The translations under genes were made by a program, and so were the position numbers. The notes under the pieces were generated by a model, which was not told the origin of the DNA, did not search any database, and worked only from the letters and a program-made list of their open reading frames with translations. Below, in pieces: positions 50,030-57,299 of a stretch of 64,000 bases of DNA. Each line of letters begins with the position of its first letter. Position 1 is the first letter of the stretch. Source of the DNA: Deltaproteobacteria bacterium (GTDB lineage: Bacteria > Bdellovibrionota_C > UBA2361 > J135); the NCBI GenBank assembly GCA_020635175.1, contig JACKAH010000002.1:15406-79405 (forward strand). The letters run 5' to 3'.

Positions 50030-50783
50030 TATTGGAAATTCAAACATTGTAATCGGTGTATTTGAACAGAATGAATTGCTGCATCAATTTCGACTTCGTA
50101 CAGATAAAGAGCAAACAGAAGATGGTTACGCAGCGTTGCTTTTGTCTCTGTTGAGGAATTTTGTTGATAAAGATTTGAAGTTTACGAACGCTGTTGTTTG
50201 TAGCGTTGTGCCAGTCTTAACATCAGTTATCGTGAATACAATTGAAAAATTGCTCAATGTTACATGTTTAGTGGTCGGACCCGGCATAAAGTCAGGTATT
50301 TCAATTCATGTAGATGATCCACGTTCGGTTGGTGCTGATCGCATAGTAAATGCGATTGCGACTAAAAAACTTTATGGCACTCCAGCCTTGGTAATCGATT
50401 TTGGTACTGCGACTACTTTTGATTTTATTGGAGAGAAGGGCAGTTACGAAGGAGGGATTATTGCTCCAGGTCTTGTAATCTCAACAGCTGCGCTTGTTCA
50501 GGCAGCAGCAAAGCTTCCTCAGATTGAGTTTAACTGGCCTGAGACTGTTGTAGGTAGAAATACCGTAGCAGCGATGCAATCAGGAACAATGCTAGGCTAC
50601 GCTTGTATGGTAGAGGGATTAGTAAAAGAGATAGAGAAAGAGCAAGGCAAGATAAAGTATATTATTGCAACGGGTGGTGTTGGAAACCTAATGAAGTCTC
50701 ATATACCTTGTATTCAAACTTATGATCCAACTCTTACGCTTAAGGGCATGCAGATAATAGCTGAAATTAACTTCTGTGATTAA
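50013..50783 (+). CDS. coaX: Type III pantothenate kinase
   Basis: MLLTVDIGNSN, VGADR, IDFGTATTFD and ATGG. The internal ATG at 50013 gives the canonical N-terminus. Confidence 0.9.
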   Translation: MLLTVDIGNSNIVIGVFEQNELLHQFRLRTDKEQTEDGYAALLLSLLRNFVDKDLKFTNAVVCSVVPVLTSVIVNTIEKLLNVTCLVVGPGIKSGISIHVDDPRSVGADRIVNAIATKKLYGTPALVIDFGTATTFDFIGEKGSYEGGIIAPGLVISTAALVQAAAKLPQIEFNWPETVVGRNTVAAMQSGTMLGYACMVEGLVKEIEKEQGKIKYIIATGGVGNLMKSHIPCIQTYDPTLTLKGMQIIAEINFCD

Positions 50784-50786
50784 GAA

Positions 50787-52409
50787 CTACATTAATGCAT
50801 TTATGTGAGCAAAGACTGTTGCGGCTCCATCTAGGCTCGTTTGTCGAAAAATACCGTTTGCAGCGTCTGAGATCATTTTGAGATCTGAGAAATCTTCCTT
50901 ATGTCCAATGCAGACTATGATTAGATTGATGTTGTTTCGACTGAATGTTTCACGCACAGTATCCAGAAGTCTTTTTAATGAGATATCAGAGTTCTTATCT
51001 CCACCGTCAGTTAGGAAGATGATTGTCTTTCTGTAACGCGGATCTGTCTGTCTTAGAGCAAATTGTATTGATTTGTTAATAGCATCGTAGACAGCACTTC
51101 CTCCCCTGGCATGCAATGTGTCTAAGGTTGGAATAATTTCGCCTGTATCTGAGACAAAATCGGAAACAACATGAAAATCAGAGGAGAAGGTTACCAGGGA
51201 TTTAAGATCTCTCCATGAAGTTGAGGCCATTGAGTTTCTAAATAGAGTTCGGCCAACCCTAAGAGCAGGACCTTCCATACTTCCGGAAGTATCTAAAACA
51301 TAGACAATGCTTGTTGGTCTCAGAATGTCAGGCCAGCGACTCATTAGAATATCGACAACCTCAGCTGAGACTGGCAAAAGAGCATTTGTACCTTTGCTAA
51401 CGTTCACGCCATATTCTTGGCTCAATGGGGGAGAAAGTGGAACTGCTGAGGCAGATGGTCTGTATCCATATGCAGCAATTGCGCTTTGTGATTCCTCTTC
51501 GGTTAAGAAAGTTGAAAATAATTCAAGTGCTCTTTTGTGTGCTGGGGTCAGCCAGTCAGCATCGGAGATGCAAAAATTATAATCCATCCAATATGTACCT
51601 TCTTTAGGATAAAGGGCTTTAATTGGTGCAGCTTTTCCATCTTTGAGAAAACGTTGATTGAATAAGGCAACCTGTTGTTCGGTAGTAAAAGTAAAATGAA
51701 CTTTTTCATTTTTTGCAGCTAGTACCTGACTTAGTAAAACAAAGTCGTCATCTCCGTATCCAGCAGCTCTGCTCTCATTTAATTCTAGTTGTTTCAAAAC
51801 TTCAGGCTTTTGAAGTATTGCTCCAGTCAAAACATTCGGCGACCCAGCAGCTAGATAGCTAAGCTGTATCAGGCTTGAAAGACCGGTTATGCTTGATGTC
51901 GGTGAGGCGTGATTAAAATTAAGCTGTCTTTTTGATGTATCCTGAGTTGAGTTGGCAGAAAAGCCGATATCTTTCCAGGAGATCTGGTCGTCTACTATAG
52001 TAAAGCGTTCTAAGTGTTTTTCTCGTGTCGCTACAACAATTGGAGAAGCAAATAGTTGATTACATCCAACCTGTTTTGGCCCCAGATTTTGAAGTTTTGA
52101 GTTAGTGTAACTTACGAGGGAGGTAGAGGCAGCTAACCAACCGTGTACCTTGAGTTGTCCTAGGGCGATTTTATTTGCCGCAACAAATGGTTCTTCGCTG
52201 ATTAGTGAGAAGCTAATCTGTGTTCCTTCAGGAAGAGAAATTCCCTTAGCATTAAAGAGCTGAATCATTCTCTTTAAATAACCAGTAAGCTTGTTATCAA
52301 CAACTAGTTTGACATTGATTGAGTTTGATTTTGCATTGTTTTGTGATTTCTTTGAACAAGAACTCAGCAAACTAAGGCAGAGAATGAAGCTTAATATTAA
52401 ACGTATCAT
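50787..52409 (-). CDS. Lipoprotein with an N-terminal solute-binding-like domain and a C-terminal von Willebrand A domain
   Basis: Lipobox LSLLSSCS. MIDAS motif VYVLDTSGSMEG, then TDGGD further downstream. Confidence 0.75.
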   Translation of the reverse strand: MIRLILSFILCLSLLSSCSKKSQNNAKSNSINVKLVVDNKLTGYLKRMIQLFNAKGISLPEGTQISFSLISEEPFVAANKIALGQLKVHGWLAASTSLVSYTNSKLQNLGPKQVGCNQLFASPIVVATREKHLERFTIVDDQISWKDIGFSANSTQDTSKRQLNFNHASPTSSITGLSSLIQLSYLAAGSPNVLTGAILQKPEVLKQLELNESRAAGYGDDDFVLLSQVLAAKNEKVHFTFTTEQQVALFNQRFLKDGKAAPIKALYPKEGTYWMDYNFCISDADWLTPAHKRALELFSTFLTEEESQSAIAAYGYRPSASAVPLSPPLSQEYGVNVSKGTNALLPVSAEVVDILMSRWPDILRPTSIVYVLDTSGSMEGPALRVGRTLFRNSMASTSWRDLKSLVTFSSDFHVVSDFVSDTGEIIPTLDTLHARGGSAVYDAINKSIQFALRQTDPRYRKTIIFLTDGGDKNSDISLKRLLDTVRETFSRNNINLIIVCIGHKEDFSDLKMISDAANGIFRQTSLDGAATVFAHINALM

Positions 52410-52470
52410 TTTAAACTAAACAGGTTTAGGCTCTTTCATCATATACATCCTACCTGTTCCCACAAGTGAT

Positions 52471-53514
52471 TCATTTTGCAAGAAATTTCTTGAATCTTTG
52501 TAGGATCTCTGGAAGTTTAGCTAATGCTGCAACCTGTCTTTTCCAGAGACTAGCAGGTATTGCTGGTATTCCTGCGTAATCTCCAGGTTCACGATAGGTT
52601 CCAAGTGCCCCAGATCTTCCAGCAAACCTACAGCCATCTGCAATTGTTGTATGATCCGCCACTCCAGCACCGCCACCTAAGGTAACTTGATTTCCGATTT
52701 TAGCGCTACCAGCTATGCCGGCTTGTCCACAAATGATAGTGGCCTGTCCGATCGTAACGTTATGTCCAACCTGCACAAGGTTATCAATCTTAGTCATTAG
52801 CCCGACTTTTGTGTTTCCGAGAGTAGCACGGTCAATACAGGTATTAGCGCCGATATCAACAAAATCTTCTAAGATAACCTTGCCAACTTGTGGTACGGGT
52901 AAAATACGATTGTTCTCTGCGTAGTAGCCAAATCCATCGGAGCCTATAACGGCGCCATTTTGTATAGTCACAAAATTTCCAAGAATAGTTCGTTCACGAA
53001 TAGATGCGTGTGAATGGATAGTTGTGCCACTTCCTACTTCAACTTCAGAGTAGATCGAAACGTGTGCAAAAATTGTAGAGTTGTCACCAATCTTTACATT
53101 AGGACCGATATAAACAAATGGATCTATATGCACATTCTTGCCAATTTCAGCAGTTGGATCTATTTCAGCATTCTTACTAATGCTGCGCTCTTCTTGAACC
53201 GACTCTAAGAGATGAGGTACTAGCTTTGACATCGCTGCAATAGGGTCATCTACTATTATTAATGCTAGTTTATCTTTCGCACTCTCAGTATCTAGCTCTT
53301 TCTTTACAAATAGGGCTACAATTGCCTTTGAAGAGATTATCCTTTCTAATGTCTTAGGACTTGATTTTGTATATAGTGAGATAGCATTATCGACTGGTTC
53401 ATCATTTGAACATATTGCAGAGACCGTAACTTCTCCTGAGCCTAGTACCTCGCCGTTGACGATTTTGGCTATCTCTTTAACTGAAAGTGACTTATTGCAT
53501 GGTCTAAAGTACAT
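52471..53514 (-). CDS. lpxD: UDP-3-O-(3-hydroxyacyl)glucosamine N-acyltransferase
   Basis: Extended left-handed beta-helix hexapeptide repeats (IGDNSTIFAHVSIY..., IGANTCIDRATLGNT, VQVGHNV). Confidence 0.92.
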   Translation of the reverse strand: MYFRPCNKSLSVKEIAKIVNGEVLGSGEVTVSAICSNDEPVDNAISLYTKSSPKTLERIISSKAIVALFVKKELDTESAKDKLALIIVDDPIAAMSKLVPHLLESVQEERSISKNAEIDPTAEIGKNVHIDPFVYIGPNVKIGDNSTIFAHVSIYSEVEVGSGTTIHSHASIRERTILGNFVTIQNGAVIGSDGFGYYAENNRILPVPQVGKVILEDFVDIGANTCIDRATLGNTKVGLMTKIDNLVQVGHNVTIGQATIICGQAGIAGSAKIGNQVTLGGGAGVADHTTIADGCRFAGRSGALGTYREPGDYAGIPAIPASLWKRQVAALAKLPEILQRFKKFLAK

Positions 53515-53606
53515 ATTTGGTTGCTAGTTTGATAAATTTGCTCAATAAAGTTCAAATATATATATTCACAGCTGCTAACTATATAATTTTAATAAAGTAA
53601 ATACCA

Positions 53607-54812
53607 GTGTCATTGCCGATTTCATATAAAGATGTGACTGATGCTCTTGTTAGGATTCGTAAAGGATTACCCATAACTCCCGTCACTCAATCTCTGCTTT
53701 TTAGTGAGATTAGTGGTCGAGAGGTCTTTATCAAATGGGACAATAAGTTTCGTTCTGGAGCATTTAAAGAAAGGGGTGCGCTTAATTTTCTAAGTGCTCT
53801 TGAGCCTGAGCAAAGAAAGTCAGGGGTTTGTGCAGCAAGTGCTGGAAACCATGCGCAGGGTGTTAGTCTGCATGCCCAATCTCTTCAAATTCCCACAACA
53901 ATTGTTATGCCGATATATGCTCCTTTAGTTAAGATACAGGCCGTCGAGCGAGCCGGTGCTGAGGTTGTTTTGGAAGGTGAGAATTTTGATGAGTCACTTG
54001 CTTACTGTTTAGAGGTCGAAAAGCCAAAAGGTAAAATCTTAATACATGCTTTTGATGATCCATGGATTATGGCGGGACAAGGCACATCAGCGCTTGAGAT
54101 ATTGGATCAAGTTCCTGATCTAGATTCGATTATAGTTCCGATAGGCGGTGGCGGTTTAATTTCAGGAATTGCTACAGCAATTAAACATCAAAAACCTGAC
54201 GTATATGTCCTAGGTGTTCAGTCTCAATGGGCTAAATCTGGTGGCCCTAAGAAAAGCTCCAATAAGCTTGGTCCATTCACTACTACAATTGCTGACGGTA
54301 TAGCTGTAAAAACTATAGGAAGCTTAAATCGACAGGTCATTGATGCACTGGTTGATGATGTTGTAACTGTCACAGAAGACGATATTGCTCGAGCAATTGT
54401 TAAGTATCTAGAAGCTGAAAAGACAGTTGTAGAGGGAGCAGGAGCTGCAGCTCTTGCTGCTTTGCTTGCAAATGCATTGCCTGCACGTTACAAACGAACT
54501 GTTTTGCTTGCGTGTGGTAGTAATATTGATATGAACCTTTTATCAACATTGATTCAAAGAGATCTAGTCGAACGAGGTCGATGGTTGCGTTACACGATCT
54601 CAGTGCCAGATCGTCCTGGACTTTTAAGTTCAATCTCAGGTTTGTTAGCTTCTGAATCTGCTAACATTATGGACGTTAGACATAATCGTTTTGCTGCAAT
54701 TCCTGGTCATGTAGAGATGGAATTCCTTGTGGAAGTTCGAAATGCCGATCATGGTAAGAAGATCTTGAAGATGTTTGCAGATAAGGGCGTGACTGTAGTT
54801 GAATCGAATTAA
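53607..54812 (+). CDS. ilvA: Threonine ammonia-lyase (short form with one ACT-like C-terminal domain)
   Basis: PLP lysine context SGAFKERGALN, then AASAGNHAQGVS and PIGGGGLISG. The C-terminal region of about 80 aa looks regulatory. GTG start. Confidence 0.85.
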   Translation: MSLPISYKDVTDALVRIRKGLPITPVTQSLLFSEISGREVFIKWDNKFRSGAFKERGALNFLSALEPEQRKSGVCAASAGNHAQGVSLHAQSLQIPTTIVMPIYAPLVKIQAVERAGAEVVLEGENFDESLAYCLEVEKPKGKILIHAFDDPWIMAGQGTSALEILDQVPDLDSIIVPIGGGGLISGIATAIKHQKPDVYVLGVQSQWAKSGGPKKSSNKLGPFTTTIADGIAVKTIGSLNRQVIDALVDDVVTVTEDDIARAIVKYLEAEKTVVEGAGAAALAALLANALPARYKRTVLLACGSNIDMNLLSTLIQRDLVERGRWLRYTISVPDRPGLLSSISGLLASESANIMDVRHNRFAAIPGHVEMEFLVEVRNADHGKKILKMFADKGVTVVESN

Positions 54813-54841
54813 AAAAAACGGCGCTTAGTTTCCCAAGCGCC
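54811..54841 (-). terminator. Rho-independent terminator oriented for a minus-strand transcript
   Basis: ggcgctt (54820-54826) pairs with aagcgcc (54835-54841) across an 8-nt loop. On the minus strand the hairpin is followed by T8 (the complement of a8 at 54811-54818). On the plus strand only ccattctt follows. Confidence 0.65.
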
Positions 54842-54847
54842 CCATTC

Positions 54848-54949
54848 TTACAAGAAGTCAATTATGCATTCGCAAGTTACCTCAAACCGTGGGGAAGCTA
54901 AGTAAGGGGGAGGGGAGAGAGCACGATCTGAAGCTTCCGTTGTACACAT
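54848..54949 (-). CDS. Candidate small ORF (33 aa), or the body of an sRNA
   Basis: My own minus-strand translation gives aagggagatt ATG ... = MCTTEASDRALSPPPYLASPRFEVTCECIIDFL*. A GGGAG SD lies 3 nt upstream. The stop lies 6 nt before the terminator hairpin. It is below the ORF-track size cutoff. Confidence 0.25.
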   Translation of the reverse strand: MCTTEASDRALSPPPYLASPRFEVTCECIIDFL

Positions 54950-55195
54950 AATCTCCCTTTCAATTAGGATCACGTGGAGCGGCTATTGTGTCAATATAAC
55001 GAGGTTTTAGTAAAATTGCTTAAGGCTGAAAATCTATAGTTGTTTAAGGTGGTTATTCTGCTGATCCAAAAAATACTGAAGCTAAAATGTGGTATTTTCC
55101 TACGATGAATAGCTGTTTGGAGAGCTATGCAGTTTTCCTAAAAGTTACACGATAAAATATAGATAATAGATATCAAATTTCATGTTGAGCACGAG

Positions 55196-55978
55196 ATGTT
55201 TACAATTCATGAACAACCTTCAAACATTGCTGATCTCAATCAGAGGATTAGTGAATTAACTTCTGAGATTTTTTCTGCTCTAAGCCCAAGGCAGGAGTCA
55301 TTAGTCTTTCCAAGAGGGCACTGCTTTATTCCAAATGAGATTCATCAGGGCAAGTTCTATATCGTTAGAGAAGGTTTTCTCTGTTTCCAATTATCTGATC
55401 ACACCTTGTTATTTTTTGAGAAGGGAGATGTTATCGGTTGGGGAGATAGTTTGCCCACAGCTTGTAAAATCGTTACCGACTGTGACGTAGTAGTTGATGA
55501 GTTTTCAAAAGTAGATTTTCTTTCTCATATTTCTAATGATGTAGAGTTGTCAGCTAAATGGGCTCAGTTTATTGATATAAATCATAGTCTTTTGTTCTCT
55601 TTCATCGCTGAGAAGTATCGTGATGAATTTGCTGCAGATCCTAAGACAAAGCATTTTAGAGCTGGAGATGTGATTATCCACGAAAAGGAAGCTGCAGCTG
55701 AAGTCTTTACGCTTTTGCACGGTACTGCTGATGTCTTCGTTGATGATGTTCAGGTTGGGGAGGTTTTATCAGGAGAGATCTTTGGTGCAATGGCTGCCGC
55801 TATAAATACCCCGAGATCTGCAACAGTTAAAGCAAGAACAGATTGCTTAGTTGCGGTAGTTGAAAAAGATGATTTCTTAAATTTAGTCAGAACACATCCA
55901 AAAACAATTCTAAAGATGTTTGAAGATATGTCGCGAGTTGTAATTTCACAAAATGAAAAGTTAGCCGCTAAGGGATAG
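55196..55978 (+). CDS. Stand-alone cyclic-nucleotide-binding domain protein (two CAP_ED-like domains)
   Basis: The second domain is canonical: FRAGDVIIHEKEAAAEVFTLLHGTADVF...GEIFGAMAAAINTPRSATVKA. The first domain is divergent. There is no output domain. Confidence 0.8.
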   Translation: MFTIHEQPSNIADLNQRISELTSEIFSALSPRQESLVFPRGHCFIPNEIHQGKFYIVREGFLCFQLSDHTLLFFEKGDVIGWGDSLPTACKIVTDCDVVVDEFSKVDFLSHISNDVELSAKWAQFIDINHSLLFSFIAEKYRDEFAADPKTKHFRAGDVIIHEKEAAAEVFTLLHGTADVFVDDVQVGEVLSGEIFGAMAAAINTPRSATVKARTDCLVAVVEKDDFLNLVRTHPKTILKMFEDMSRVVISQNEKLAAKG

Positions 55979-56030
55979 TGGCGTTCGAAATATTACAGAA
56001 TTAAAAATCACAAATAATTAGGCTTGGCGA

Positions 56031-56078
56031 GCGGGGGCCAGAGAGGTTTGCCTTAGCAAAAACCTATCTGACCCCCGC
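56031..56078. terminator. GC-rich extended hairpin between convergent genes
   Basis: gcggggg (56031-56037) pairs with cccccgc (56072-56078). An inner pairing gaggttt/aaacct(a)tc is also present. It lies 33 nt downstream of the minus-strand HAD-like stop and 53 nt downstream of the plus-strand cNMP-binding gene. Confidence 0.55.
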
Positions 56079-56110
56079 CCGCCTGCAGAAGCACTCCGAG
56101 AAGTCGTCGG

Positions 56111-57088
56111 TCAGGCGCTCGCGCCAGCTGTGACGGTATCCGGGTCCGCGTCGGGGATCGGATGCTCGACGCGCAGTCGCTCGACGAGCGGCATCCAGCT
56201 CTCAGCAGGCATGTAGATGATCTCGAAGTAGGTCCTCTTCTTCATGCCATCAGCGTCGCGGCTGAGATGCGCTCCTTGTTCGATCATGTCGGCGAGGCGA
56301 CTGAGTTCGGTCGAGAGACGCCTGTCAGTTGCACAGAGCAGGACTCGACCACCGGCTCGCCAGGCCGAGATGACGCCTTCCGCGGTGTTCTCGAAGCAGA
56401 GACCGGGCAGATCTGCTCCCATCTTCTCGCAGGCCATCCGGAACGGTTTTCCGTGAGGCTTGCCGTATCCAGGCGGGATCTGATCGCCAGTGACCCGATG
56501 TGCGTGGAAGCTATCCAGGCCGAAGATCTTGAAGAAGTGACCGAGGTTCGTGCTGTCGGTGTTGGTCACCGTCGTGCTCTCGAACCCAAGCGCGTGCAGG
56601 TGTGCCATCAGTGGCAGAAAGCCATCGACCACTTCGAAGTCACCGCTTTCGCCTGTACGAGCCAGCTCCTCCAGGTGCTCGCTCAGGATCTGCTTCTTGA
56701 GCGCGACCAGCTCCTCGGGTTCGACTCCTTCGAACAGAGCGATCAGCTCCGGTGGCAGGTTGTCCTGTTGATGTCTGATGCGGTGCAGCACCTGACGGAA
56801 GGCGAGGATCTCCTGCCCCCCGAAACAGGATCCGAGAGTTCGCCACTCGGGTTCGTGAAGACGCTGTCGGATGCGTCGCTCCAGAGCGAGTCTCTGAAAA
56901 CGAGCATGGATGTGCTCAGTAGCGACCTGACTTCCGTCGAAGTCCCAGCAACATCGTCTAGGTTGTCTTGCGATCAGGATGCTGCCAGTGAAGTCAGACA
57001 GCGCAAAGATTTGAGGTGTGGGTGTTACCACCTGTAGCCCTCCCGCCAGGTGTAGTGGTTTTGTGATCTCGTCGTTTGACGATTGCAT
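56111..57088 (-). CDS. HAD-superfamily (subfamily IA-like) hydrolase with an atypical motif IV
   Basis: Motif I WDFDGS (D48/D50). Helical cap of about residues 55-160. Motif II TTVTNT, motif III GKPHGKPF. Motif IV FENTAEGVISAWRAGG reads EN where ED is usual. There is no SD before the ATG at 57088. An in-frame GTG at 57031 is preceded by GGGAGGG (57038-57044) with 6-nt spacing. Confidence 0.7.
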   Translation of the reverse strand: MQSSNDEITKPLHLAGGLQVVTPTPQIFALSDFTGSILIARQPRRCCWDFDGSQVATEHIHARFQRLALERRIRQRLHEPEWRTLGSCFGGQEILAFRQVLHRIRHQQDNLPPELIALFEGVEPEELVALKKQILSEHLEELARTGESGDFEVVDGFLPLMAHLHALGFESTTVTNTDSTNLGHFFKIFGLDSFHAHRVTGDQIPPGYGKPHGKPFRMACEKMGADLPGLCFENTAEGVISAWRAGGRVLLCATDRRLSTELSRLADMIEQGAHLSRDADGMKKRTYFEIIYMPAESWMPLVERLRVEHPIPDADPDTVTAGASA

Positions 57089-57093
57089 GCAGG

Positions 57094-57146
57094 GGACATG
57101 CGGCTAGATATCTTGCTTTGGTTAAAAGAGATCTAGTCGCATGTCC
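57094..57146. other. Long imperfect inverted repeat abutting the start of the GC-rich gene
   Basis: ggacatgcg+gctagat (57094-57109) pairs with atctag+t+cgcatgtcc (57131-57146), giving 9-bp and 6-bp stems around a 21-nt loop. It lies 5 nt upstream (minus-strand sense) of the ATG at 57088. Confidence 0.5.
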
Positions 57147-57208
57147 TAAACTTGCATTTGTGCACTACATGAAAACGGGAGGAGAAAAACCAAATATAAA
57201 TCTCTAGC

Positions 57209-57244
57209 CCTCAACTCATATTGATCTTGAAAATTTAGTTGAGG
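57209..57244. other. 8-bp stem-loop in the manA upstream region
   Basis: cctcaact (57209-57216) pairs with agttgagg (57237-57244) across a 20-nt loop. Confidence 0.3.
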
Positions 57245-57299
57245 CAATTCAACTACTCAGGCCTACAGATCCAAAGAAACGTTAGCTAATTACTAATAC

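Larger units (their letters stand above)
56021..57146. other. Compositionally foreign GC-rich segment (putative horizontally acquired single-gene islet)
   Basis: Hand counts of 60-nt lines give 36/60 GC at 56281-56340 and 35/60 at 56581-56640. The flanks give 17/60 at 55501-55560 and 23/60 at 57301-57360. Both edges are abrupt. Long shadow ORFs on both strands are typical of high-GC DNA. Confidence 0.8.

Noticed and set aside
55979-56020. gcgttcgaaat, which resembles a tRNA T-loop and could mark a tRNA-fragment attachment site at the islet edge
   Set aside because: Flanking bases cannot form a T-stem or acceptor stem, and there is no matching repeat at the other islet boundary.
56162-57037. 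A 291-aa plus-strand ORF, plus several 68-73 aa ORFs, inside the GC-rich segment
   Set aside because: It lies antisense to the ORF that carries ordered HAD motifs I-IV and has no recognisable motifs of its own. Long stop-free antisense frames are expected in DNA of about 60% GC.
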